Below, in pieces: positions 39,778-52,540 of a DNA stretch of 64,000 bases. This DNA comes from Camelus dromedarius. Lineage: Eukaryota. The notes under the pieces are model-generated. The model was not told where the DNA came from. It made no database searches and saw only the letters and a program-made list of their open reading frames with translations. Each line of letters starts with the position of its first letter. Position 1 is the stretch's first letter. The stretch lies in contig NC_087436.1 in NCBI RefSeq assembly GCF_036321535.1, positions 41,976,001-42,040,000 on the forward strand, in the 5' to 3' direction. The translations under genes and the position numbers were made by a program.

Positions 39778-42700
39778 CTTACTATTCCCCAATGTGCCCT
39801 TTGTGTCCCATTTTCATGCTCTCCTTCCTATGCAAGGTGAAATAATACTAAGCACTTTCTTCTTGAGGTAGTCAAAATTCACTGATACTCAAAGTCTAAT
39901 TGAAGTCCCTCCTATTTCATGAATTCTTCCTGGACTGCACCAACCCGCTGAAGACCTCCCGTCTGTTTTCAAAGCAAATGCTACCTATTGTGTTCATCCA
40001 TATGCCTTATAATATGTTTGCATTGCTTGTTTCCATAATTTAACATTACTTCCTCTGTTGACATTTTCATTGAATTATATTTTATTCTGCATCATAATTG
40101 TCAATGGTCCCAAGTAAGTATAGCTCCATGAAACTAGGACAAGTGCTGGAATTGTCCAATGCTCTCTTTTTACACCTGCTGTTTCCCTATTAAACAGTGA
40201 TCTCATGAAGATATAAGTATTACTTACTAATAATAATTTTGAAAGCACAAAATTTCAAATTGCATCAGTGCTTGCAGAATTTTAAAAGTAGTTTTTCCTT
40301 TTCTTTAAATATTTTATGTTGCCATATATTGATCAAGCAATCTTTCACTTATCTCTTCATGATTTTCTAAATTTCAATACAAATGTTTAAAGGAAAAATA
40401 GTTGAGGTTTGCTTTTAGATAACTTAATGACAATTTCAGTTTATTTGTAACAGTCTTACATAGCTGCTTAGTGTACCACATGGATCCCATCACTGAGATT
40501 TAGAAATTCATGAAGAGATAAGTGAAAGGTTGTTTGATCAATATATGATGGCTTAAAATATTTAAATTAAAGGAAAAGCAACTTTTCAAATTTGTAAGCA
40601 CAATTTGAAAACCATCTCTTTGTGCTCTTGATTTACCAATTTATATAGATAAAAAAAGAAATTGTACTGTATTTTATTTTATTTATAACTTTAAACTCAT
40701 TATCAGTAGAATTGTTATTAGTTTTATTAATTAATATAAATGCATATATTTTAATGAATGATACATTTTAAAATACGAACAACTATTTAATGAAATCATG
40801 TTACAAAATGAGTGGAACATGAAAATACATAATTTTTGATGCCCTGCTTTTAGCTATTTATATACTGATTGAGTACCTTCTTCAAAGTTTAAAAAACTGT
40901 CAACCAGTGACCTAAGTTCAATTCATAGACCTGTTTTGTTTGGGAGGTCTATTGTTCACTATTATTTAAAAATGTAAGTATATCAGCATGGCTATCTACT
41001 AGAGCGTAGCGAGCAAAGCTTGAGTTTGCCAAATCAGTACTGAAACCATACTCCCTATTGCCTTGAACATGAGTTCGAGCTTTCTATCATGTACATCTTC
41101 TTTTGTTTTTCTTTTGCTTTTCTAAATTTAAAATCCAAGATGTTTTATTATAATTTAATTGTTGGCCCCTACATTCATTTGAGAGTGTTTCCTGTTCTTA
41201 CACCAGGAACTGTGCAGAGTCTAAGATAAAGAAATGTATAAAATTTATCCCTGCTCCAGATGTGCTCACAACCAGTTGGAAAGAATGATTGATTATTAAA
41301 ATACAGTAAACGATAGCAAAAAGCCATATTCAAAGTGCTATGGTAACGCAGAAGAGAAAAAATTCTATTTGAATGTTGCCTCTTTGACCTTTCATTGAAG
41401 AAATACTACCGAGAAAACACTTAATGCTTACATCAGATGGACTAAAATAAAAACACACGATAGCTATACAAGTACCAATTAAAGCACGGGAACAATTTTC
41501 AGGTATGTAAATTGCTTTTTATCAGGAGCAGAAGGGTCATGAATATGAAAAGTGTTGAATTCTGAGACAGTTTGTTATTATTAAAATTAGCACTCTGTCA
41601 GTCCAAAGTCTCTGTTTCAGCAATCCTTTTGTGTTACTGCAGCTGTTTGTTGAGTTACCAGATCCAAGTGTTCCAGGAGCTCCAACAGCAGTGAGTGGAC
41701 TACATACTTTTTAATCTATAATAGCAGACTGTAATCTGTAATGGTAGACTGTCAGAGATGACACATGTTAAACACTCAAATCTCAAAGAACTGCTGTGAC
41801 AGATAAGCAAGGATGGAGCTGTTTTGGACTGAGAAATGGACATCTGACAGGAATGTTTTTGTTCATGATGCTATTCTTATATTTAAAATTATAGCCTGCT
41901 GGCATGAAGATCAGACTTTGACAGCTTGGAAATTACAGAACATTTTGCTAGTTCAGTAAAATACTGAGGCCAGCAAAACCCATAGCTGTATCAGTATACA
42001 ACACAGAGTAGAAAGTAGGAAAAAGACAGACAGAGGCGGGAAATGGTGAAAGGGAGAGATAGAATTTTATCTTCTTACATGATCATTGCAAAACCGCAAA
42101 GGTCACAGGTCACTGAGATGACTGTCACACAATAGGGTCAGCCCCCAAACCAAACTCATTTTAGTCACCTGGCTCACTTTAATCAAAATTTTAGTCCTCC
42201 TATTTTTAATATCACACTACGTATTGTTGATATTATTTGTCAATCACAATGTTTCAATGGAGGATTTATTCTAATACTCTTTGTTTAACATAAGCTGGAG
42301 AAACATTTATATCCTTTATGTGGCTTCTTTACTAAAAGACAACAAGGGCAAAAAAAAGAAAAAAAACACAAATACTTTTAAATGAGGAACGAATACCCCT
42401 TAAAAGTTAATTCAAATCAATATTATAAATGGATATTGATTTAACCCATGTTAAAACAAGTTTTAAAATAAATATAAGCATTACCTTTGTTAAAATGTTT
42501 AGATAAAATAATTTTTAAAGGTACCATATTATAGTGAACTATTAGAGAACTATTGTTGGAAAACATGATTATATAACACGTTTATTGAAACTTGCCTGTG
42601 CTACATAGAACTCTGCTTCCTGTAAGGTAGAGGATTCCATAAGAAGAGCTTAGCCAGAATCCATAACTCTTTAGCCACATTTATCAGAACATTATAAATG

Positions 42701-42789
42701 TTTTAACTTAAAAGTTGTGATTTTAAACCCAAAGTGTTTTCCTTCTCCCAATGCTATGTCTGCTTGTCTCCCTAGTAGCTTGGAGTTGG

Positions 42790-42920
42790 TGGGGGTGTGC
42801 ACACAAGTGTATGTATGGATGTGCAAGTGCATGGGTGTGTGCATGAGTGTACCTGCACATATGGGTGTGAGTATATGTGTGAGTGTGCAAAGTCTGGTGT
42901 CTGTTCTTGGCAGTGTATGT
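42790..42920. repeat. Degenerate TG-rich simple repeat
   Basis: gtgtgcacacaagtgtatgtatggatgtgcaagtgcatgggtgtgtgcatgagtgt... Confidence 0.75.
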
Positions 42921-43014
42921 GCTCTTCTTTATCCATGAACAACTCCTTCTTGTTCTGGAGCCAGCTTTTCTAAAATAAAATATAGGTACTCTAACTTGTT
43001 TCATGTCAGCATGG

Positions 43015-43485
43015 CAGATCTCTGTCCATCCTTTTACTTTTAACTTAGTTGAGTTATATCGACTTAACTTGGTTTCTTGTAGACAACATATAGTTGGATC
43101 TTGGTTTTTTTAATCCATTCTTGCAATCTGTATCTTTTAATTGGTGTATTTATAACATTTACAATTAATGTGATTATTGATATTGTTGGTTAGTATCTAC
43201 CATGTTATAACTGTTTTCTTTTTGTTGCATTTCCTCTTCCCTCCCTTTCTTTTTTTGTCTTCACTGGTTTTAACTGAACATTTTAAATGACTCCATTTTA
43301 TTTCCTCTTTCAGCATATCAATTATACTTTTAAAAATTTTCTGTGATGGCCCTAGACTTTACAATATACATTTTTAACTAACCCGAGACTACTTTCAAAT
43401 AACACTATAAGCTGCTTCATATGTAGTGCAGATACTTTGTAACAGAGTATTCACAATTCCTGCCTCCCATTCCTTAGGACATTCT
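43015..43485 (-). mobile_element. Old L1 fragment (inter-ORF / start of ORF2)
   Basis: ggtttcttgtagacaacatatagttggatcttg...aatctgtatcttttaattggtgtattta...catttacaattaatgtgattattgata is the reverse of the L1 endonuclease start. Confidence 0.85.
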
Positions 43486-44824
43486 GTAACTATACAGTGA
43501 GTGGCTTAAAGTATAAAAATATATTTTAAAAGATTGAAAATGTTGTTAATTTACAGAAAGCACATTGGGATAATTTCAATCTCTGTCTGCCAATTATCAC
43601 TAAGAAATCCTTTGTCCCACTTTTCTTCCGTTCCATAAGTCTGGCAGTCCCCAAATCTGGAAGAATTCAACTGTCTGCTCCCTTTTTTTCAAAAAGCCTT
43701 CCACAAGTCTGAGATCACTGCCCAACCCACCTGTGTGATATCACAAAGCGGGGAACTTCCACATCACATTGTAGCGTCATCTGCTATGTTCTTTTCTATA
43801 TTGCCCCTAACCTGAAGCTCCTTCAGGCAAAAACTATTCGTAATTTATTCATGATTATCTTTCTAGTTCCTAATAGACTGCCTTTTAGTAGGCATTTAAT
43901 AAATAAATATTAATTGGTTGACTAAATAAAAATTACCTTTTTTCCCCTGAAAGCTGTTGAACTCTGAGGCTTTAAGTGCAACTTACACCGACCACTAATG
44001 GACATGTTTTCTCTGCCGAGGAGCTGAAGTACCCATGATTATTCCTGGGGTTATGAATTTGCACTTCGGTGACTTTTACGTGGCATCATTGCAACATGGT
44101 TAGAAAGGAGATTTGATCCCTTGAAAAGAGAGTAATGCTAAGTAGCTCAGATGCATAGCAGCTTTGGTTGTTTGTGTCTCTTTGTGTAAAAATGGTAGAT
44201 TTTTGTTCAAAATCAGGGCATCCTAAAAGGCAATTAAGGCAACATCTAAAACCTCAGTTCTGACTTGACTGTTAAAGGAATACAAAACACAATTATATGC
44301 AATAGTGATATGGTCGTGAGCATGTGTTGCCTTTTAATGACATAGGCTTCTATTAATGTACAAGAAAAATGGAGAGTCAGGCTCTGGCTCACTGAAATAG
44401 AGCAGAGGCCTTCTGTCCTCTGTTAGAACAGCTGCCCTATTTACGGCTGCTTTCACGAAGTCACTGCCCAACTTCTTTATTCGGGAAGATGAGTGTTTAC
44501 ACTCTAGTTGGTCTTGAATCAAAACAGTTCTGATTTGTTAATAATTCACTAACCAAATATTATGACTGAAAAACTGGGGCACTGGTAAATAATCAGACGC
44601 AGAATGGAACTTCTGTTGCATTTAGTCTGATCGTGGAAATGGAGAACACAAATAAATAATGTAATTTAGCGATTCATCATACCCCGTTAAATGCCAGCTG
44701 TTTTCAGGGATTTAGGCTAGAGTGTTTTATTTTTCCCCTCACGTCTTTGCAATCTGGGGAATAATTAGAAAGCAATTAAATTATTTCATATTTTTTGCTA
44801 GCAAGAGAAGTGTATGTTACCCAG

Positions 44825-45050
44825 GATTCATGTGTTTATTCAATAAACATTTCCTGTGCACCTAGTACTGCCAGACATCTTACTAGCACTGAGGATGTAG
44901 CAGCAGTAGAATAGCTGGACCCAAGGAGCTTACATTCTAACACGGGAGTGAAGGAAGGGACAAGAAATAACCAAATACATAATGTATCAGGCAGTGAGTG
45001 CCCTGAAGGTCAAGGCAGAGGGCGGGGGTACTCTTTGACTTAGGGTGCGT
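44825..45050 (-). mobile_element. L2 3' end fragment
   Basis: tttattcaataaacatttcctgtgcacctagtactgccagac...aaggagcttacattcta. Confidence 0.75.
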
Positions 45051-45504
45051 GGTGGGGGACAAAGCAGACATCAGCTCACATTGCTACTCCTCTTGAGTAC
45101 TGTCTGTTTGTAAAATCTCCTTATTGCGCTTTTTGAAATGAAACAAAGGATTCCATTTAACAATCTCCTCCTCTATTGATTTTTTAACTGCAGCTGTCAG
45201 AGGTGATTCTGGGAGATAAAACTTGCATTTATTAAGAAATTACATGAAGACTATAAAAGAGCTTCATGTATTAGGTATCAAACCCAGTGATTTTTACTCT
45301 GGTATACACATATCCAACATTTTCTGGTTTGACTAGGAATCACAGTAATTATCAGAAGCATGGTATATCCAGAGATTTCAGCAGAGCAAAGAGACACCAA
45401 CTTCACTTACAAAAGATATGATTACGTCTGAGACATGAATCCACCAATTTAAAATTACATTTGATGTGTTAACTACACCGTAGTTACCTTAACTGAATAT
45501 GCAT

Positions 45505-45720
45505 AATGATGATAAATTTTATACAGAGCTTTTCATTTTACAAAATGTTTTGGAATACCCCAACCCATTTGAGAATCACACAGAACTGTAAACTTAAGTT
45601 ATTGTTTTCATTTGGAGGAGAGAAGTCTGGGATTCTGAGAAATTAATCGATATAATAAGATAAAGACAGTTCCCAAACCTAGGCATTCTGTTTCCAAATT
45701 TCATGTTGGTACTGTCCCAC
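45505..45720 (-). mobile_element. MIR fragment
   Basis: atacagagcttttcattttacaaaatgttt...ttttcatttggaggagagaagtctggg...cccaaacctagg. Confidence 0.55.
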
Positions 45721-46205
45721 CTTGTGCAAACCAAACCAGTGTGAGTTATAACAACAACCCAAACTCATTTCTCTATATTTTCTGACTTATGCAATAAAGA
45801 TCCCCAGGATAATATTTTAATTGCTATCTGTTTTATTTCTTCAAATGTTTGATTAGCATTGTTTTCTTCATTAAACCTGCTCCAACTTAAAAACAAAGGT
45901 TTAGTTTTATTACACACCCAAGAAAACTCTTCCTTTAAATAGTCAAGGTTATAGGATGTTAAAACATCAACTCAGAATAGTAATTAATTATAAATAAATG
46001 CCTGTGGTGATGCATATCTTACATGAAACCACATTGAAAGTCACATGGAACAAAAAAGCTCCCTCTGCTTAGGCAAGTAGCCTGAGTTGTTAAATCAATA
46101 GCTGGAGTTTACTCAGTAGAGATTTAAAAACGAGAACTAAATCATACCTATTTTTTTTCCTGTCCATCTGCCCTACAGATGGTGAGATATGGTTGATGTT
46201 GGAGA

Positions 46206-46328
46206 TTTTCTTTGCTTCTCTTTCTTCCTTTTATTTTCTTCCTTCTGCTCACCTGCCTTCTTTTCTCTCTCCCTTCCTTCTTTCCTTTTTCCCTTCCTTC
46301 TCCCCCTTCTCTTTCTCTTTCTCTTTCT
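46206..46328. repeat. Polypyrimidine (CT-rich) low-complexity tract
   Basis: About 120 nt almost entirely C/T on the + strand. Confidence 0.9.
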
Positions 46329-46754
46329 AAGAATAGTTCTTAGAGGAATACGTCTTGAAATTTCTGTTACAGTCAAACATGTTTCTTTAAGATCAGAAGG
46401 TTGGAGTTACTTTCCATTTCTATTAAGAAATATGGTAATCTTCATAAACGAAATAACCATTTCTCTCGTCAGTATGTACTGTCTTGAAATGTTGAGTCAA
46501 TAATCATTTGAAATGTACAGGTGTATAGAGAGAAAAATATTAAAATAGTGACTTCTTTTTTTTTCCATTTCAAAAAAATTTTTTTCATATGTAAATAAAA
46601 CTTTATGTTGGGTCAATTCTAGGAAAAATATATCAAAAAATGTTAGTTTTAACCTGCAGATAAAATCTACCAGCTAATTAAAATGATAGAAGGAGGAAAA
46701 AGCAAAAAGTAGAAATTAGATAAACTTGTTACCAAAGCCTCCGGCAGAACCATG

Positions 46755-46975
46755 GGTGTGAGAGAGCACTGATTCTGAATTCCCATGCCCAACTTTGAGC
46801 ACTGGTTTGCTGGGGTTCCCTCTGTAATCTCAGATAGATCATTTTAACGCTTTGATCTTCATTTCTCTCTAAAATTAGAATCTTCATTTCCTTTTCTCTA
46901 AAATTAGCATGAGTTTTTAGTATTTAATCAAACAATACAACAAAAATGAACATAAAACTACTTGGTAAAGTTATA
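46755..46975 (+). mobile_element. MIR fragment with a small internal tandem duplication
   Basis: gagagcactg...ctgaattcccatgcccaactt...agatcattttaacgctttgatcttcatttc. The string tcttcatttc...ctctaaaattag occurs twice at about 46856-46908. Confidence 0.55.
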
Positions 46976-49900
46976 TCAATAGATTAACATTGATTCAACA
47001 ACATCATGTATTTAAAAAAAGAGCAATCCCTAACCAATCATTCAATATATGATACTTGGTATATCTCAGCAGTAAATTACAACCAAGCTAATGTTGGGTT
47101 TTTAGACTGAGTGGCAGAATAGTATAATTCTATTAAGTTTGGGCAAATATTATTTACGTTTGGCATCTGAGACCACAGATGTATGCCTATATCAAGTTAT
47201 TAGTTGCCCAGGACTGAAAAGGCAGTACTTGAGCTGTCTCTGATAATTGCACAAAAATTATGTCATGGGTATTTAAATCTAGAAGTGTACCAGCATGCAA
47301 ATTGGTAATGTTAAGCCTAGTCTGACTCAGTATCTCTTGTGTGGTTCCAGACTATATTCAGAGTAAATAAAGACATAAAATTGCCTTTTATAGGAAAAAT
47401 ATGAGTCCAACGCCAAAGCCCATCAGATAAGCCACCGGAGATGCTTTCCCCTATATTCCATTTATCTTCACATTTTATGAGAACTAAAAGCCTAATCAAT
47501 AATTTAACAAACTAATGGACATATTTTTAAACACAATGGACTCATTCTGAAAAGTGGCATACTGCCAGGGCCACAGAGGCAAAAGTGGAAACTAACTACC
47601 AATATTTAATGTTTATCTTGAAAATTTCTGTGCTATGGCGTGAGCACAGGGCAAGCTGCCTTAAAATGGGGTACATCTCTTCTTGTGCTGCAAAGCTATT
47701 GTTTTCTTTCTCTATTTGTTATAACAATGTATTTTTCCTATGAACCATGTATCCGAGTACTCTGCAAATGACTTCATTTTTAGAGACACTATAAAGGCAC
47801 AGAAATGATATCCAAGTATTTAGTATGTCCTTTAAATAAGAATATATGCTCTAAAAATGATTTTAAATTCCTATTGAAGATACTATACTTGATATTCTGG
47901 TTATGGATATTAACATCCATACAGTTTGCAATGACACTGTGTTTGTCATACAAGTGGGAAAAGCAAGGAAACTATTCTGGCATTGGCAGTCTCGAAATAT
48001 TTTCACTCAGTTTAGAGAGGGTTGATGTTTCATTTTACAGATAAAATGAAGCCTTTATTTTTTATTTTATTTTTCTCTTTTCCCTTTATCCTTTCTACCT
48101 CGTAAGACAGCCAAAGTAAAATGCTACACAAAGCAATCACTTGACTCACAACTAAAGACTCAGAAGAGTAGCCACATTTTTATTACACTATCCTGTGTCA
48201 CTATGACAGGTAGTGCTTTTACCCACATTGAAGGATTATCCTTAGCTTTCCATTATTTTTATCCAATTCCCTACTATCAAGATTTACACATCACTATATT
48301 TAAAACCTCCTTTTTCCTTGCACTATAGATACGTCATTAAATGGATTTATTCCACAGGTAATGAGCTGCCTAAATTTGGCGCACGCGTATTGAGTCTGGC
48401 ATTGAGAAATGCTGTTTTATGTTTTAACAAATAATTAGAGTTTGAGAGTGTCTTCAAGCTTGGTTTTTAGTTTTTACAACAGATAAAAGGAAGAATTTAG
48501 ATTTGTTTCATGTTTGGATATCACAGATTTGAGAGTGTTGAGACTTGAGGGAGGGACATGTGTACCAGCGTCGGTGACAAGGTGGTGGCAGCCTGGAGGC
48601 CAGCTTGATGACAGAAGCCCGCACCTCCGTGACCTCTCTGGGGCTGGCTGCAGGTGGCCTACTGACAGTAGCACTGGACATCTTGTTCCTCAACTCATCC
48701 ATCGAACACGATGTCCTTGCCTGTCTTGATCACGTGAGAGGTCAGGCGCTGCTTGTCTGAATCCGTGCCTATCTCTGAGATGCGGTATTTCGAGGTGCAG
48801 CGGGCTTGCCTCTAGAAACCGTCTGCAGTGGTGTAACACAGTCATACTGTTTCTAGATGATGCTCTGGGGGAGTACTGAGCCAGAGTGGTCTTACTATAT
48901 ACACAGGGAAGTAACAATCAAAATAAATAAATAATAGCACAGGATAAGCGGAGGAACCTACACTGTCATGTAAAAAACAGTAGCAATATATGATGTCTGT
49001 GAAAATTTATTTGCTACTATTTCATACTGCATTCTTCTGATTTCCCTTACTTATGCTTCAAACTACATCCATTCTTAATTTGTCTTATTCTTCCTACACT
49101 CCCTGAATTATTTTTGTTTTGTTTTGTTTTGTTTTTAAACAAGCCATTTGCCCAGAAATACTGAAATTAAAATGTTCTGTCTACTCAACAGGTGCTTTTA
49201 GAAAATCAGATATGCACAGTTAAGCTGTGCTTGCAGAATTTTTCTTCGTAAAGTGCAATCAACTGACCATGTACCAGCACTAATTTAACAGGCCAGTTAG
49301 GCATGTTCACATGCTGCCCTGTACACGGTGATTGCGACTATCCTGGCCAGGGTACTCAGTGTTGTTGTTTTTGTTTTTGTTTTTGTTTCTCAGCAAAGAG
49401 ACATTTAAATGCAGAAGCATGCTTCAGCTTATAACCACACAGCATCTCCAGATACTGCTTTCTTCCAAAGGTGGATTTTCCATGTGCCCTGCATTTGTGT
49501 TATACTTCCTTCAGAAGGCAAGGCTTGTTCTCCTAAGGAAATTCTGTATAAATGGCTTAGAACTAGCGGGCCACAAAATCTTGTAAAACATTATGGTAAT
49601 ACCTAACGAAATAGTGTATATCTGCCCATGATATAAAAACAATCTTTACAATATTCTCTGAGGAGTATTTTTATTTACAAATTTGTTGGATTTTAGACAC
49701 TTAACACCTGTAAACTTTCATCTTAACAACCCTTAAACTTTAAATCCTTAAAGTTCCATCCTAACAACACTCTCTAGAGGTCAAGTGGTAGATTTCTAGG
49801 GCATTATTGTATTTCTTCAGGCATTTGGCCTGCAGTCTGGTTTTTTATAATAATTTCAGTTCTAAGAAATTATAATTATCCTGAAGAATACTACTTATAT

Positions 49901-50639
49901 TGTCTTATTTCTTAATTACAGTAGTAACATGAGATAAATGCACACTTACTGGGATCAAATGCATATAATTTTGTGGTGATGAGAAGTTCTCTTGACAACA
50001 ATTGCAATTATATGGTCATCAACTACTGATACTATATTATGTTTTTAAAATTCTATACAGTCCTGCCACGAGGGCACTTCCCATTTGAAAAAAAATAAAA
50101 GAGGTTAAAAATGAAAGCAAGCTGGGCCAATGTAAAAATCAGTGACATTGTTACCCTGAGCCTAATTAAAGGATTCCACATGAATCACAAAAAACATTGT
50201 ACCAATTAAAATTTGAGGGGTTTAATTTTAAATTTCTATCTAAACAAGTTACATAAAGAATAGTCCTTAAAATGGCTTTTTTTTTTGACCTTTAGAATAA
50301 AAGGTTTTAAATATGCCCCCTGTGGGGAAAATGGACTGGAAACATGATAGGTATGATACTGTCTTCAAAGATGAATTTGCAGTCTGTCAGTAAAATTTGT
50401 TTCAAATACTATATAATTCATTGTCATAAAAATTTGCATGTAGGAGTCCAAAAATAATTTATGTTCTATCATTTCAATTTAAAAAAAGGGAAAACTTTAA
50501 GTTGCCAAGATAATATTTACATAGATTTTCCACTTTCTTTTATGGATAGATATTCTTTGTCTTTTATTTCTAAAAAAGCGAAAGGGTGAAGTGATGGATG
50601 TCAGACTCTACACATAAAACTGTTTAGGTGAAGGTTTGG

Positions 50640-50870
50640 GGTATATTGTGCCAGATTTGGAAGCCAAGCTGCCTAGGTTTTAAATTCTGCTCTGCCATTG
50701 ACTAGATGTGGGACTTGAACAGATTGTTTAACTGTGCCTCAGTGTCTTCATCTGTCGGGCACAGTAACCGTACCTACCCTATGGGACTGTTGTGAGGACT
50801 TAGTCATCTCATACGTGTAAAGCACTTAGATTCTTGCCTAGCACATAGAAAATGCTATATGCTTTTTAAG
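50640..50870 (+). mobile_element. MIR SINE
   Basis: gctgcctaggttttaaattctgctctgccattgactagatgtgggacttg...ctgtgcctcagtgtcttcatctgt...gttgtgagga. Confidence 0.88.
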
Positions 50871-51096
50871 TGATATTTGACATAATTGAGGATATTGAGG
50901 ACAATGGGCTGTCACTCTCCTTCCCACCTTCAACCATGGTGAGGAATCGCTTTCATCATTTTAATGGATTTTCCTCAGAGACTCCTTTTCAGCTTTCTAG
51001 TAATGGGCATTTGTTAAACCTGATACTTTTAACTTATAACTGATGCTATCTTGCCAGAGTATTGTGTTTGTAATTCTTGTGTAAGCTATTATTTTT

Positions 51097-52540
51097 TTCT
51101 TCTAGTTTAATTGCGATAAAATTGACATAAAGCACTGTATAAGTTTAAGGTGCACAGCACAATGATTTGACTTAATATATATCTTAAATGATGATCACAG
51201 TAAGTTTAGTGAACATTCATCATCTTATACAGACACAGAATTAAAGAAATTAGAAAAGGAATATTTTTCCTCGTGATGATAACTCAGAATTTACTCTCTT
51301 AACTTTCATATATAGCATACAGTAGTATTAATTATGTTTATCATGTTGTGTATTACATCCCTCATATGTATTTATCTTATAGCTGAAAATCTGTAGTTGG
51401 GACTTTCTGACTGCTTTCGTCCAATTCTCCCTCCCTCACCCCACCCCTGCCCCTGGTAGCCACACATCTGAGCTCTTTTTCTATGAGTTTGTGTCTTTGT
51501 TTGTTTTTGATGTATAATTGGCTAACTGCACTATTTAAGTTCCTGTTACACAACATGGTGATTCGTTATTTCTGTACATTTCAAAATGATGACCATGGTC
51601 AGTCTAGTTACCATCTGTCACTGTACAAAGTAATTACACATTTATTGATTATATTCCCCACACTGTACATTTCATACCTGTGACTCATTTATTTTGCAAC
51701 TGGAAGTTTGTATCTCTTAATCTGCCTCACCTGTTTCTCTCCTTTCTTCAGTCCTCTGCTCCCTGGCAACCATCTGTTTGTTCTCTGTATCTATGACTGT
51801 TTCTGTTTTGTTATGTTTGTTCATTTGTTTTGTTTTTTAGAGTCTACATATAAGTGAAATCATACAATATTTGTCTTTCACTGTCTGACTTACTACTTTT
51901 ACCATGTTGTCACAAATAGCAAGATTTCATTCTTTTTATGACTGAATAATATTCCATTATATATTTCATATATATAAATATATATAGCACACATATACCA
52001 CATCTTCTTTATCCATTCATCTATTTATGGGCACTTAGGTTTTTTCCATATCTTGGCTCTTGTAAATAATGCTGCAGTGAACACAGGGATACACATATCC
52101 TTTAGAATTAGTGTACTTTTTTCCTTCTGATAAATACCCATGAGTTGAATTGCTAGATTATAAGGTAGTTCTACTTTTAATTTTTTGAGAAATGTCCATA
52201 CTGTTTTCCATAATGGCTGCACCAATTTACCTTCCCACCAACAGTGCATGCAGGTTTCCTTCTCTCCACATCATCTCCAACACTTGCTATTTGTTGTCTT
52301 TTTGATAGTAGTCATTCTGATAGGTCTGAGATAATATCTTATTGTGGTTTTCATTTTCCTGTTGATTAGCAATCTTGAGCATCTTTTCATGTGCCTGTTG
52401 GCCACCTGCATGTCTTCTTTGGAAAAATGTCTGTTCATATCCTCTGCCCATTTTTTAATTGGGCTGTTTGCTTATTTGTTTGTTTTTGATATTGAGTTGT
52501 ATGAGTTCTTTGTATATTTTGCATATAATGCAATAATGTT
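51097..52540 (-). mobile_element. 5'-truncated L1 (end of ORF2 plus 3'UTR)
   Basis: The minus-strand ORF 52025-52249 ([17 protein letters not shown]...LKVELPY) is the L1 ORF2 C-terminus. Candidate TSD ctattattttt at 51086-51096 and 52541-52551, with a TT/AAAA endonuclease site on the minus strand. Confidence 0.95.

Noticed and set aside
40890..41195. Possible hAT/Charlie remnant
   Set aside because: Only faint similarity, with no convincing TIRs or TSD.
41496..41508. ttttcag|gtatgt as a recursive splice site
   Set aside because: The pyrimidine tract is only about 5 nt, too weak to distinguish from chance in a 47-kb intron.
46173..46503. K/R-rich and F/L-rich ORFs
   Set aside because: They are translations of the CT-rich low-complexity tract.
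52025..52249. [17 protein letters not shown] as an independent gene
   Set aside because: It is the decayed C-terminus of L1 ORF2 in a 5'-truncated element.
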